A DNA stretch of 64,000 bases from Octopus vulgaris (taxonomy: Eukaryota): the NCBI GenBank assembly GCA_951406725.2, contig OX597816.1, positions 146,010,001 through 146,074,000 on the forward strand, written 5' to 3'. This document shows, piece after piece, positions 1-13,290 of the stretch. Under the pieces are notes generated by a model, which was not told the DNA's origin, ran no database searches, and was given only the letters and a program-made list of their open reading frames with translations. Position 1 is the stretch's first letter; every line of letters begins with the position of its first letter. Made by a program: the position numbers and the translations under genes.

Positions 1-90
1 TGTCTATCTAGCTATCTATTCGTCTGTATATCAACCTATATATCTACACTTATAATGTAACCAATGCAAGATTTATACATGTTAACATAA

Positions 91-131
<41 letters not shown>

Positions 132-162
132 CGTACACCACCAGCACGCATATATATGTACA

Positions 163-317
163 CTTTTATTATTTTATCTGTTTCAATAATTTGACTGTGG
201 CCATGCTGAAGCAACGTTTCCAACTATTTTAATCGAAGAAATCGACCTCAGAACTTATTCTTTGTAAGCCTAGTGCTTATCATATCGATTTTTGTGCCGA
301 ACCGCTGGATTACGGGG
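163..317 (-). mobile_element. tRNA-SINE family B, 3' part, degenerate
   Basis: Reverse complement matches the 3' half of the fuller copies at 46881-47295 and 57911-58295 (…taggcttacaaagaataagt…cagcatggccacagtcaa…gaaaca). Confidence 0.75.
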
Positions 318-510
318 TTATATATATATATATATATATATATAAAACTAAGGTTAAAGAACAAACAAATGCAAGGTCATCCGCATAACATTTCATAATT
401 CGAGCATTTAATCATAGAATATAATAATTACTTGAATAATTTTATAAGATTTCTAAACGATGAACTTTTATTTTATTTACATGATATATATTATATTTTT
501 TTATATGCTT

Positions 511-580
<70 letters not shown>

Positions 581-842
581 TTTTATATACCTATATATTT
601 TTATATATTACTTTATATTATAGTATTACTTTCTAGATGTTGTAATGTTTTTTTAAAAAAAATCTATTTTTCTGAATCGCTAAAGTATTAACTCTAAACC
701 GTTTTTTCTCGCACCTTATTATATGCTTATTGCTTGTACAGATGAATTATGTTCCATCTTGCGGGATGTTTAAATGTATATTCTATGATTAAATGCTGTA
801 TTCTTTCTCACTCCTTCTTGTTTCTGTTGTATTTGTATTTCA

Positions 843-1010
843 AAGGACCGGCCTTGTCACACACCCTGTGTGAATATCCCCGAGAACTACGTTAAGTGTA
901 CACGTGTTTGTAGAGGGCTCAGCAACTTGCACGTTAATTTCACGCGCAGGGTGTTCCGATGATTCGATCAACTTGAACCCTCGTCACCGTAACCGACGGA
1001 GTACCACGAC
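843..1010 (+). mobile_element. SINE-like repeat fragment (family C)
   Basis: GC-richer block (gccttgtcacac…gagaactacgttaag…gcaacttgcacgttaatttcacg…gtaaccgacggagt). A weakly related copy lies near 37270-37560. Family identity is from memory of cephalopod SINEs. Confidence 0.45.
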
Positions 1011-1026
1011 AAAAATATATATACAA

Positions 1027-1245
1027 TTTAAGACACTCACTGGTAAAATCGCCACTTATTTCTTATTTTTATTTTCCTAAAATTTTCGTCGCGTCTTGCA
1101 GCCTTTTCAGTAGTTAAGATTATTGAAAAGTTGCAAGATGCAACGAAAATTTTAGGAAAATAAAAATAATAAGCGGTAATTTTACCGGTGAGTGTGTTAA
1201 ATTATAAGGCCCCAAAAGAATATGACTCTCCCCAGACACAACAGT
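1027..1245. repeat. Foldback inverted repeat (~85-bp arms), probably head-to-head Penelope-like pseudo-LTRs
   Basis: 1027-1114 pairs with 1120-1203. Each arm carries a hammerhead-like motif, (c/t)TGAAAA-g(t/c)tgc..gc(a/g)ac-GAAA-att-ttag. The tail gactctccccagacacaaca recurs at 33527-33585. Confidence 0.7.
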
Positions 1246-1259
1246 ATATGTATATATAT

Positions 1260-1335
<76 letters not shown>

Positions 1336-1925
1336 ATATATATATATATAATATGATGTGTTTAGTCCACTGGTGATCTAGAGGAATAGGTACACTGAGT
1401 AAGTGATATAATTGCTTATACGTTAGGTTCAATTTCACAGTTGAGGCTGGAGCTAGGGATCTGTATTAGGCTTTCTTACCTTATAAGAGCCTATACCTTC
1501 ACGGATGTGCGGACCAATTTCCATATCATCTGGAAAAAGATGAACTGTGACCTTTATTCCCCGGTCAGTGTTCTTGTATCTACTTTTACTCTTTATTCTA
1601 TTTTATTCCTTATAAACTATGAATTTCTCTGTTTAGAAGTTGACTAGAACTTCTCGTCCTGCCTTAGTTCTTTTTTGTCATTTTCCTCTAACACACACAC
1701 ATACACACACATGCTTACTACTTTAGTTATATTTTGACTGTCGCCGTCTACTCTTAATCTATGTTTTGCAGAGTGTTCGTAAAATATTATCTTCCCCACA
1801 TCTCTTTCCGTCTGTCTGTCTGTCTGTTTTTCTCTCTCTTTCTCTCTCACTTGTTCTAGCAAAGGTAGACACGTGAATATTGAAGCGGGCACATAATTTA
1901 CATATCATTGTACATATATATAGAT

Positions 1926-2357
1926 GTTAGTTAGTTAGTTAGTTAGTTAATTTGGCTCAAAAGCAAATAGCAAGGCCATGTAGGGGGACATGGAGTTAAG
2001 TACAGGGTGGTGTTCATGTAAAGAGTTCAGGCCACTTGAGGTCCAGGGAGGCTTTGAACAAAGCGGTCGTCGGCATCTTCACCATCTCGTCTGGCAGCTT
2101 GTTCCACGGATCCGCAACCCGGACAGAGAAAGCTTCTCTCCTTCGATTGAGATGAAATCGTCGCAGGTAGAGCTTTTCGGAATGACCCCGCAGCCGACGC
2201 TCCGGAGCAGGAGTGAAGAACAGCTCTTTCGAGAGGTTACACTTCCCGCTTATGATGTTGTGGGCGAGAATGAGATCACCACGGCGGCGGCGTTTTTCAA
2301 GAGAATAAAGGTCGAGCGTCCTCAGCCTTTCTTCGTAGGACAAATTTTTGAGACCAT
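1926..2357 (-). mobile_element. CR1-group LINE, 5'-truncated 3' fragment with (TAAC)n tail
   Basis: Encodes [29 protein letters not shown]…RGHSEKL…WNKLP. About 8 substitutions over ~410 nt versus 43398-43822. Confidence 0.95.
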
Positions 2358-2404
2358 ATGTGTATGTGTGTGTGTGTGTGTGTATATATATATACACACA
2401 CACT

Positions 2405-2506
<102 letters not shown>

Positions 2507-2769
2507 AACTGATAGGGTCGCAGATAGAATGCAATAGATAGATAGAGAGCTAGGTATAGAATGAATACGTAAGATGAGTATAGAGGGAGAAATATAGTTG
2601 GAGAGCTAATAGTAATAGCGATGCGGTGCGAAGTCAAAATTTCGATCAATAAATTGAGGTGCATGATTTCATAAAAATTCTATTATGGTAACCAAATATT
2701 GTTTCCAAATTGTACTGGTTGCAATAACTTATGCGTTATTGACATACAATTGCTAATAATTTACTACAG

Positions 2770-3590
2770 GAAGACATGAGAATGCGTGACATCCATAACT
2801 TTCTAAACGCTATTACCGTTGAAACTGAAATGTACACACTTTACTGCCAAGGAACGAATATATCTATAGATGAATTCGTCGCTGCAACATGTGCCTCTAT
2901 GCTTCTGACGAAGCCAACGCAATAAGTTTTAAATATTTATTGAACTTTTTAGTATTAACAGCAAAATCTTTTTCAAATTACAATCTAGCGTGTCAAATAA
3001 TGAAATAATATTTACAATGTAAGTACCAGAGATAAGGATATACGTGCTGGTTATATTCGAAAAGCGTATTATCAGATACACGTTTGACAAGGATTAGCTT
3101 TATGTTAAAAGCAACATTATCTATAGAAACAAGATATCAAATATATCATACAAATATCTGTATCAGAGCAGAATGACTTTTGACGATAAGATTGAAAAAA
3201 AAATGTATTTTCGAACTTGATCGTATCTTTTCCATAAACTTCCAAGTAGTAACTAACAAATCGAAAAGCTAAAAGTAAATTAGAGCTTGAATTAAACCTA
3301 CCGAAACCTCTAGATTATACGCGTGAATGAATCAGTATATTTACCAAGTTTTATGTAACTTTTCAAATATAATGAAATAGGTTCATTTAAAAACTTCACC
3401 ATACTGTGTGCATGATGTTTGGAATCACATATCCATGGACCATCTTATTTGCTGTATAAACCAACAGGTCTTCGACCCTATTCCCTGCAATCCATTTCTA
3501 AACAATGTACAAAATACTTATCCAAAACAACACAAAATATTACAACGTGTAATACATGTCATGTCGCAACCACCATTTTTCTTTGGCTAC
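2770..3590 (+). pseudogene. Degraded piggyBac-like transposase remnant
   Basis: 2770-2925 reads …IHNFLNAITVETEMYTLYCQGTNISIDEF…LLTKPTQ*, like the piggyBac Y.P..lSIDE…KP.K.G motif. 3500-3570 reads KQCTKYLSKTTQNITTCNTCHVA, like the C-terminal Cys-rich domain. Confidence 0.4.
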
Positions 3591-4035
3591 AGCTAAGCAA
3601 GGACATCAACCAATGGAAGAGAATCAACATGAACATTTACATATAAACATACACACACATAGATATGCATATCTAAATGCATTGTATATCAAACAAAATT
3701 TTGAATTTAATTCATCAAATTTTGATTTAATTTATTAAAAAATGATTTCAAAATCCGTTAATTACATTCATTCTTTGCTTTCATTTCATTCAATTTTATT
3801 TCATTTGTGCTCTTTTCGTAATATAGACGCAAATGAGCAACTTTTTCCTTTTATTCCTCTAGTATGAAAATCATATGAGTCAATTTTTCACAGACAGTTA
3901 ATATCGTTTTGCTATTTTCTTCCTAATATCCCAAATAGGTTTTCCACACCGATCTAAATATGTCCTCCCCACCACCAATACTTCTCAAATTAAGGCCTGT
4001 ATTACTATAATTGATATTTTTATACTTTATATTGT

Positions 4036-4225
4036 CGAGGAGGCGAGCTGGCACGCCGTGCAAAATGCGGAGCAGTATTTCGTCCGTATTCCCGTTCTGA
4101 ATTCAAATCCCGCCGAGCTTGACTTTTCTTTTCCGTGTCGGTAGAATAGGTACCAGTTGAATACTGGATTCGATGTAATCGACTGAACTCTATCCTAGAA
4201 TTGTTGGCGTTGTAGCAAGACCTTT
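4036..4225 (+). mobile_element. tRNA-SINE family A
   Basis: ggcgagctggca…ttctgaattcaaatcccgccgag…gtaccagttg…tcgatgtaatcgact; same family as 53960-54176. Confidence 0.8.
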
Positions 4226-5054
4226 GCTTGTAGCCTTAATTTTTTTTTCTTGCCAATATTTATTTGCCTTCAATTCTATGATTGAAATAATTAAACTAAT
4301 AACTCCCTCCACCGGTATCATTCTTTTGATTCGCTACCGTGCTTTATTTAATCATTTACTCTACCTTGAATAATGTTCATTCTTCGCTGTTTTTTAAGGT
4401 ATTTGGTAACTGTTTTAGAGCCCTGCATACTTTTTCATGCATGAATTCTAATCAATCGTCTAACTATTGACCAACTAATTATTTTGTTAACATGTCGAAT
4501 GATTGATTCACTTTGTTTAGAATTAGATCTATTCATTCAGGTTCCTTTCTTATTGCCTTACCACTTTATAAATGGAAATCTATGCACACAATATCGAATA
4601 TTTCTGTTATCATTTTTAACCATTTTTAACTACATTTTTATAGGCTGATCTGGGTTTACGCCAAAATATTGTATAATGTTGCATAATCATTAAGTGGAGA
4701 CATGCTAAACACTAGACACTTTTTCACACATGTATCAAACTAATATTTGGTAAGTGCCTTATTAAACCATCACTAAGTAAATACAACGTTTAAGTAATTT
4801 CTGACACATAATCGTTTATATTAAATGTTGTTCGAAGAGGAATGGTACTGATACACTTGTAATGATGCTACATTGATAACGTCGTTTGATTTTTAGTCAG
4901 TGCCTGCATCGTTAGAAACTTGCTTCTCAACCACATGGTTCCAGGTCCAGTCTCTCTGGCAAAGAATATATATAGCAGTTTTATGTTTAAGAGATGAGGA
5001 AATATGTACCTTATTTACATTCGACTGATATTTGTCCTCGTGTTGTTTGTTGTT

Positions 5055-5100
5055 AACACAACGTTTCGGCTCATACATCCTCCAGACTTCATCAAGTGTC
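5055..5100 (-). ncRNA. Minimal type I hammerhead ribozyme, degenerate
   Basis: Minus strand reads gacac-TTGATGA-agtctg…gagcc-GAAA-cgtt-gtgtt. Stem I is intact; C3 and stem II are mutated. Confidence 0.6.
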
Positions 5101-5157
5101 TTGGGGAAATTTCGAACCTGGTTTCTCATTCCTAACGTATTATTCGAAATTATTGTG

Positions 5158-5224
<67 letters not shown>

Positions 5225-5300
5225 GCAGGTCACTGCCTGGAATCGAACTCGGAATCTTGGAGTTAGTAGCCCGTGCTCTTAACCACTACGCTATATGCCC
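5225..5300 (-). other. tRNA-derived Pol III head inside PLE pseudo-LTR (not a functional tRNA)
   Basis: gggcatatagcgtagtggttaagagc…ccgagttcgattccaggcagtgacctgc has an A box and a B box (GTTCGATTC). Acceptor stem pairing is poor. Confidence 0.75.
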
Positions 5301-5975
5301 GTGGGTAATTATGGAGTGAATTTTTAGATTTTTACTATCCTTCCTTAATACCGATTCCCATATGTTATTCATATCTGCACTCCGTCTGCTTAGGAGTTTG
5401 TTGTTTCCTAGCATATGTACTGCTTCTTCTAGTTTCCGTATTTTCCAGTGGTGCTCTTTGTCTATTATTTTAACTTCATCGCTCAGGGATAGGTAGTCCC
5501 CATTTTTCCATACATGATCAGCTATACCCGACTTATCAATATCTCCTCGTGTAACATATTTGCGATGTTCCTCTACCGTTATTTTGAGGGGGCGGCATGT
5601 TTCGCCTTTGTATAACCTCCCACAGTTACATGGGATGGAGTACACACAGTTTTGGATCATATTCTCTTCTATTGGTGGTTTTACTCGGAGATATTTGCGA
5701 AGTGTTGTATTACTCTTGAATACTGTTCTGATGTCATATGGACCGTATATCTTTTGTATCTTTTCGGAGAAGCCTTTCACATAGGGTAGACAGAATGTAG
5801 ACAGTTTATTGGTTTCATCCCCTCTTTTCTTCATAATTGGAGTAGATGGTATGTTTTTGGGGTAGTTGTTGCGTAATAGATTGTTACTGAGCTTGATCAT
5901 TTCTTAGTGGTGGGTATCACGAACGCTGCTTATATTCTTTGCTCGATGTTTTAGACATTGAGCAATCACTCTCTT
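5286..5975 (-). pseudogene. Penelope-like RT thumb + GIY-YIG endonuclease fragment
   Basis: LPYVKGFSEKIQK…NCVYSIPCNCGRLYKGETCRPLKITVEEHRK…KSGIADHVW…RKLEEAVH. Upstream of a stop: IAQCLKHRAKNIS. Confidence 0.9.
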
Positions 5976-6041
5976 TACACTGTATGGATGGTGGAAAGAC
6001 AGGGAACCATTAGATTTATAAGCCCTAAAAATTCACACCAC

Positions 6042-6117
6042 GAGCATATGGCGTAGTGGTTAAGAGCACGGGCTGTTAATCCCAAGATTCCGAGTTTGAT
6101 TCCAAATAGTGACCTGC
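6042..6117 (+). other. tRNA-derived Pol III head, inverted partner of 5225-5300
   Basis: gagcatatggcgtagtggttaagagcacgggctgttaatcccaagattccgagtttgattcc…gtgacctgc, followed by (AAT)n. Confidence 0.75.
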
Positions 6118-6175
<58 letters not shown>

Positions 6176-6240
6176 TAATAATGATGATGATGATGATGAT
6201 AATAATAATAATAATAATAACAACTAATAATAATATTAAA

Positions 6241-6320
<80 letters not shown>

Positions 6321-6331
6321 TGATGATGATG

Positions 6332-6377
<46 letters not shown>

Positions 6378-6406
6378 TAATAATAACATGTCCAAAATTT
6401 CCCTAA

Positions 6407-6452
6407 GACACCTGAGGAAGGCTGGAGAGTATATCAGCCGAAACGTTATGTT
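6407..6452 (+). ncRNA. Minimal type I hammerhead ribozyme
   Basis: gacac-CTGAGGA-a-ggctg(gagagtatat)cagcc-GAAA-cgtt-atgtt. Both core boxes are intact and stem II is a perfect 5 bp. Confidence 0.75.
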
Positions 6453-6501
6453 AACATCAAACAAGATGAGGACAAATATCCGTGAAATGTAAATAATGTA
6501 A

Positions 6502-6540
<39 letters not shown>

Positions 6541-6677
6541 AACTATGGGAGTTTAGTTCACAGGTGATCTAAGTGATTATGTATGCTAGGTAAGTGCTGT
6601 AACGGATTACTGGGGCCCCAAGGTTATAGCCGAGAAGGTAGTTAATATATATACCATTCTTATTTCCTCTATTTTTC

Positions 6678-6729
6678 CCTCTGATAACTGATCCCATACT
6701 CGGGGATATCCAAGAAACAGCTGTCAGAC
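6678..6729 (+). ncRNA. Hammerhead ribozyme motif in a PLE pseudo-LTR-like repeat (~6545-6790)
   Basis: CTGATAA (G8 to A)…gatccc/gggga…GAAAC-agct-GTC-aga, with palindromic helix III and a GUC triplet. A related, more decayed repeat lies at 1360-1640. Confidence 0.6.
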
Positions 6730-6831
6730 TTTGAATTTTTTACCAATAATAATATTGTATACGACTTTCCTTAACAATTGTCCTCTTTAACAATTATAAT
6801 TATATATACATACATACATATATACATACAC

Positions 6832-6941
<110 letters not shown>

Positions 6942-7009
6942 ACCGTGTGTGTACCGTTGGCGATTCTGTTTCCTCCGCCTTCCCTTCTTTGGATCTTTCC
7001 TTTTCCTAT

Positions 7010-7044
7010 GTTTCTGACGAAGAGCTCCGCTCGAAAAGTTAAAC
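7010..7044 (+). ncRNA. Minimal type I hammerhead ribozyme in a PLE-derived repeat (~6940-7150)
   Basis: gttt-CTGACGA-a-gagc(tcc)gctc-GAAA-agtt-aaac. Stems I and II are perfect. Confidence 0.75.
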
Positions 7045-9843
7045 CCTCCTTCTTTCCTTCTTTCCTGAGTGTCCAATAATACTGTACTTGTTCCACGTCC
7101 TCGCGTTGTTGCGTTTTCTCTTTGTGTTTTCATGTCTGGATTAACTTTATATACATGTATATATAAATGTTACACTAAAAGGACACAGATACTACAATTG
7201 CTATGTATTGCATTCAACACAAAGAATCAACGCAAAGATGCAATTCAGTTATGACATTCATAATATCTGATGTATAATAGTGAAATTCAAAGAGGAATTT
7301 TAAAATAATAATTGAAAATCTATACCTATAGTGGTAATAATCATACACCGCCATCACAAAGATTCAAGGCTGGCAAAAATTATCAAAAGCTTATACAAAA
7401 AGACAGCCTCAGTATCTATCGATTAATAGTGTCAGTCACAGTGCTGATATGTTTTCCACGTAAATACCTTAGATGTCCACTGCAAAATTATGCTCTATTG
7501 AATTTTTTATTTGCCTCTCTAGTACTACTTTCCCAAATTACACTAATGTTACTAAATGTAAATGCGTATATTAAATCAACTAATTCTGTATATAATATAT
7601 GAAAAACAATGAAGGATGTATCATGATTTGAATGTCAATTGAAACACATCAACATTCCGTGGTGAATAATTTTTCGGATCATCAGAATATGGTAGAAATA
7701 GTTCTCTGGATGAATCAAACACTAAATCCGGAAAAATAGCGTTGAATTTCCCAAATGCACAAAAACAAACTACAGTAAGTACATCACTTCTGTTTCTGTG
7801 GGGAATATACCAGAAAAAGCTGACCCGCATATTATAACTGTCTGAGACCGAAATGAATGCAGAAAAAGCATTAAATTCTAGAAGTCCACTAAATTTTAAG
7901 CATAATCACATTTTATACAAATGTCATACCTATAGATCATTCACAGGAAGAAATAAAACTACTGAAAGCAAAAGACTATAATATTGATATGGGAGTGGGA
8001 CTCTTTGTATCAGTAGAAACCTTGTCATGACAACTCGATAAAAGTTGTTATTACTTCTGCTCCTATTTTGTTATCATTAATGCTGTTGATCATCAGTGAA
8101 AGGCAACAAAATATTCGGCAGAATAGCAACAGTGAAAGAACTAATTGTTGTAGCTTAAATCAAACAGTTGATACTTCTTTGGAAGAAGAGAAAGGCGAAG
8201 TGACAAAGACGAGACGCTTAATTAGAAGAGATGAGCAGAAGAAAATATGAAGTAGAAGGAATGTGAGAAGAGAGTGAAAGGTGCAAGAATGAGTAGAGGA
8301 AAGAGAGACTAAGAGGAAACTTTTGATGATGATAATGTTGAAGAAGAAGAAGGAGAAGAAATGAATGAAGAAAACGAATGTAAAAGGCAGCCTAATGAAG
8401 GATATGAGGGGATAAAAAGAAGAACGACGAGAATATAAGTATGACGTAGGAAACTGTATTTCAAATTGTTGTGCCGCAGATTTCACAATTAAATTATTGA
8501 TTATGTTACCCTTATTCCACGGCTTGTCTTTCCCTTTTGTTTTACTTCAGATATTTTTACTCTGTATTTTAAATGTAGAAGCCTTCGATAGTGCTATAAA
8601 GTACGTAGAAAGAAGACGAAAAAATTGAATACGAAAGAAATGGTTAAAAAAGCATGTTGATGATCGCGATCTTAATAAGGATCGCACTGATGAGGAGGAC
8701 GAGGAGGAAGATGTGAAAGAGAAGGGTACGGATGGGGAAGGGTGATTAAGATGATAAAGATGAGGATTGTTATGTTGAAGATGCTGATCGCATCGTGCAC
8801 AATAAATGGGGCTCAATTATTTATTTAATGCATAAATAATGATATCCGAAGCAAACTGTGGCGGAACGCAAACTCAAATCGCAAACAGATGGATATGAGC
8901 ATCGGAAATGTTTTGCCCAATGCTTTTCCTAATAATATCAATGAACTACCTATTTCTCTAATCTGTGATTAGTATTAAATTACATAATTTTCAAACGATT
9001 GGTTACGTTGACATTTGCTACCGAGTGGAATCACTAAAGTGTAATATCTCTATATCGTTCTGAAACTTAATGCAAATTTATAGCGATATACATCAACATA
9101 TACACACATGTACATACAAACACGTAACATTTTTATGGTGTCCAACAGCACATGTTGTTCAAAGTGTGTAAGAAGTGCAACATTAAAAATTAGTTTCTAA
9201 GATTGTTTATTCCATCTGAATACGGTTAACAGGAAATTGATGGTAGTGGGGAAATAATACAAGTAAAAATGACATCTGATAAAATACGTAAGTTTTAATC
9301 TCTTTTGCCATCATATTTCTTTCCCTTCTTGAATTTCCAACAGGCTTCCTTGTTGAAAGCATTGTCAGAAAACTATCAAGGAGCTCTGTTATAGTGTAGT
9401 TCATGGACGAGTTTGAAATCAATTTAAATGTTTACAGATGGTGAATTATATCATTTCCTTTACAGTTCAATCACTGTTATTAAAAAATACACTCCACAGC
9501 TTAAATTATATCATTTTCTCAACATTGTAACAAAACTATCACAAACACATGTATATATACTTCCTCACATAGTTATACAAATATATACACACATATATAT
9601 ATATATTTGCGTAATTATTCAAACTTATGGATTTTTAAGTGTAATAAGTACTCGATGACAGTTTCTATAAAGAACCCAAAAACTTTCATTATCAATACAA
9701 TATTGTCATGTCATCTCTTATGGAAAGTCTTGGAATTAAATGCATGTCATCTACGGATTTTCATCGTCTGATAAGTGTAAATATCCCTACGTTATCGAGG
9801 ATGGTCTATGAATTTTCAGGGCATGAATAAGACTAATTTGAAA

Positions 9844-10175
9844 AGTAGTAATAGTAATAATAATAATAATAACAACAGCAACAACCACAACAACAACAAC
9901 AACAACAGCAATAATAAAAACAATAATATAACAATAATAATAATAATAGTAATAGTAATAATAATAATAAAAATAGTAATAGTAATAGTAATAATAATAA
10001 TAAAAATAGTAATTGTAATAGTAATAATAATAATAATAACAACAACAACCACAACAATAACAACAAAAAGAAGAACAATAATAATAACAATAATAATAAT
10101 AGTAATAGCAATAGTAATAATAATAGTACTACTACTACTACTACTACTTCTACTACTACTACTACTACTAATAAT
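9844..10175. repeat. Compound (AAT/AAC/AGT/ACT)n microsatellite
   Basis: Directly visible; start of the R4/Dong chain. Confidence 0.95.
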
Positions 10176-10634
10176 AAAAAAAGGATGTGTTTATTAATTA
10201 ACATGAGTATTCCCTGTGATCACAATATAGCGGCGAAAGAATTTGACAAGATTAGTAAATATAAAGACCTGCTAATAGAAATTGAAACAATGTGGTATCT
10301 CAAGGCGACTACAGTACCAGTGATTGTAGAATCTCTAGGAATGATAAAAAAAAAGGTACTGAAACCTATTTGAAAATGATTCCAGGCTTACCATCCTTAC
10401 AGGAAGTGCAAAAATTCGTATTAACTGGAACGGTTCATGTACTGAGAAGAGCACTATCGCTGTGAAAATAACATCCATCCATGAATTTATTTATTTATTA
10501 ATTTTTAAATACATATTTTATCTGTGAATTTGCGCGTGTAATCTGGGAATGCATACAATGCCCTTCTCTGCCCTAGGTGTATGGAAGACACTCGGCGAGA
10601 AACGGAAGAAAATTTGAAGAAAGAAGGAAAAAAC
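10174..10634 (+). mobile_element. R4/Dong-type RLE retrotransposon 3' fragment, same family as 13743-17715
   Basis: CLLINMSIPCDHNIAAKEFDKISKYKDLLIEIETMW…VPVIV and a 3' UTR matching 17640-17715; ends in (AAT)n. Confidence 0.9.
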
Positions 10635-10661
10635 ATAATAATAATAATAATAATGATAATA

Positions 10662-11756
<1,095 letters not shown>

Positions 11757-11778
11757 TAATAATAATAATAATAATAAG

Positions 11779-12348
11779 CACGTGTTGGAACCTACATACA
11801 TTGGAAGCTATGCCAACATTATGGAATAACAACAGAAAAAAGATGGTATAGGCACACCAGAAAAGGTCACAGAAAACGAGAAAGCAACCATACTCTGGGA
11901 TATGCCGATACACACAGATAGAGAAATTAAGGCCAACAGACCAGATATAGTTGTCAGAGATCATGAAGAAAAAAATGCTTTCTAATTGATGTATCAATAC
12001 CGGCAGATGACAACGTGTCTCTAAAAGAAATGGAGAAACTCTCAAAATACAAAGACCTGGAAATAGAGATAACTAGAATGTGGAACCTGAAAACAGAAAC
12101 AATTCCTATCATAGTAGGTGCATTAGGCATGATAAAAAAATATTCAGACAAATACATAACAAAAACACCAGGACTTACAAACACATATAACATACAGAAA
12201 ATTGCACTACTAGGCACTGCACACATCCTACGCAGAACACTTTCCATACAATAACCATCAGAGCATCACAACAAATCACAGCACATACCCAAGGCACACA
12301 GAGCTGCGCTCGGTAGTGAAGTGAAAGCACGCTATAAAAATAAAACTA

Positions 12349-12351
<3 letters not shown>
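11779..12351 (+). mobile_element. R4/Dong-type 3' fragment (RLE endonuclease + 3' UTR)
   Basis: ENEKATILWDMPIHTDREIKANRPDIVV…KEMEKLSKYKDLEIEITRMW…IPIIVGALG…QKIALLGTAHILRRTL; (AAT)n on both sides. Confidence 0.9.
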
Positions 12352-12380
<29 letters not shown>

Positions 12381-12386
<6 letters not shown>

Positions 12387-13290
12387 CATCACGCTTTTCT
12401 TTTTGTGGACTTGCAAAACCCTAAAACTTTCTATGAAAATCTGACTTTTCTTTGCTTCCTCCCAGAATATTCAAATATAAATGTAAACATATACTCTTTA
12501 TTGTAAAAACACACCTGTTCTTCTAACTGGACATACAAACATCTCCAGAGGGGTCAACTTCAACCTCCACAATATTACCTTACACGAAATATACAAACAC
12601 TTTTTATTGCAATAACACAAACCCACATGGAAAAAATAATGATGCTAAGATTCTCTCTGGTCGAACACAGCTTCTCTATTCACAAATAATACAGAACAGC
12701 CCTTCAAAATAAGCACGAAATATACAAACACTTTTTATTGCAATAACACAAACCCACATGGAAAAAATAATGATGCTAAGATTCTCTCTGGTCAAACACA
12801 GTTTCTCTATTCACAAATAATACAGAACAGCCCTTCAAAATAAGTTAAGAAAATTTACAAATTTACATATCTACAGTTTTCAATCATACATTCGACCAGC
12901 TGTAAAAACTTTGATACCCACAATTGCCTCTGTAAACATCCTTTTCTCTTTTTTTCTTCTCTCTAAAAACATCACGCTTTTCTTTTTGTGGACTTACAAA
13001 ACCCTAAAACTTTCTATGAAAATCTGACTTTTCTTTGCTTCCTCCCTGAATATTCAAATATAAATGTAAAAATATACTTTTTATTGTAAAAACACACCTG
13101 TTCTTCTAACTGGACATACAAACATCTCTAGAAAAGTCAACTTCAACCTCCACAATATTACCTTACATGAAATATACAAACACTTTTTATTGCAATAACA
13201 CAAACGCACATGGAAAAAAAATGATGATGCTAAGATTCTCTCTGGTCGAACACAACTTCTCTATTCACAAACAATACAGAACAGCCCTTC
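12381..13290. repeat. Nested tandem repeat: 583-bp period containing a 131-bp internal duplication
   Basis: taaaaacatcacgcttttc starts at 12381 and 12964. The 131-bp block occurs at 12583, 12714 and ~13165. Confidence 0.9.

Larger units (their letters stand above)
4975..6499 (-). mobile_element. Penelope-like element, 5'-truncated, with inverted pseudo-LTRs and candidate 13-bp TSD
   Basis: GIY-YIG ORF remnant in the middle. Arms 4975-5328 and 6025-6499 are inverted copies. AAGAATATATATA lies at 4962-4974 and 6500-6512. Confidence 0.85.

Noticed and set aside
3395-3595. Minus-strand exon resembling a glycosyltransferase (IPNIMHTVW)
   Set aside because: Flanked by in-frame stops, and the plus strand fits a piggyBac remnant better.
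5225-6117. Two tRNA genes
   Set aside because: Acceptor and anticodon stems pair poorly, the anticodons differ between copies, and both are embedded in a repeat.
7621-7830. 69-aa minus-strand ORF as a terminal exon
   Set aside because: No recognisable domain, and no supported upstream exons (the 30230-30303 candidate is ambiguous in frame).
8200-8800. Purine-rich region with 89-108-aa minus-strand ORFs
   Set aside because: Low-complexity GAA/GAG decay with no domain signal.
12381-13290. CRISPR-like array
   Set aside because: Long tandem units with no unique spacers, no cas genes, eukaryotic context.
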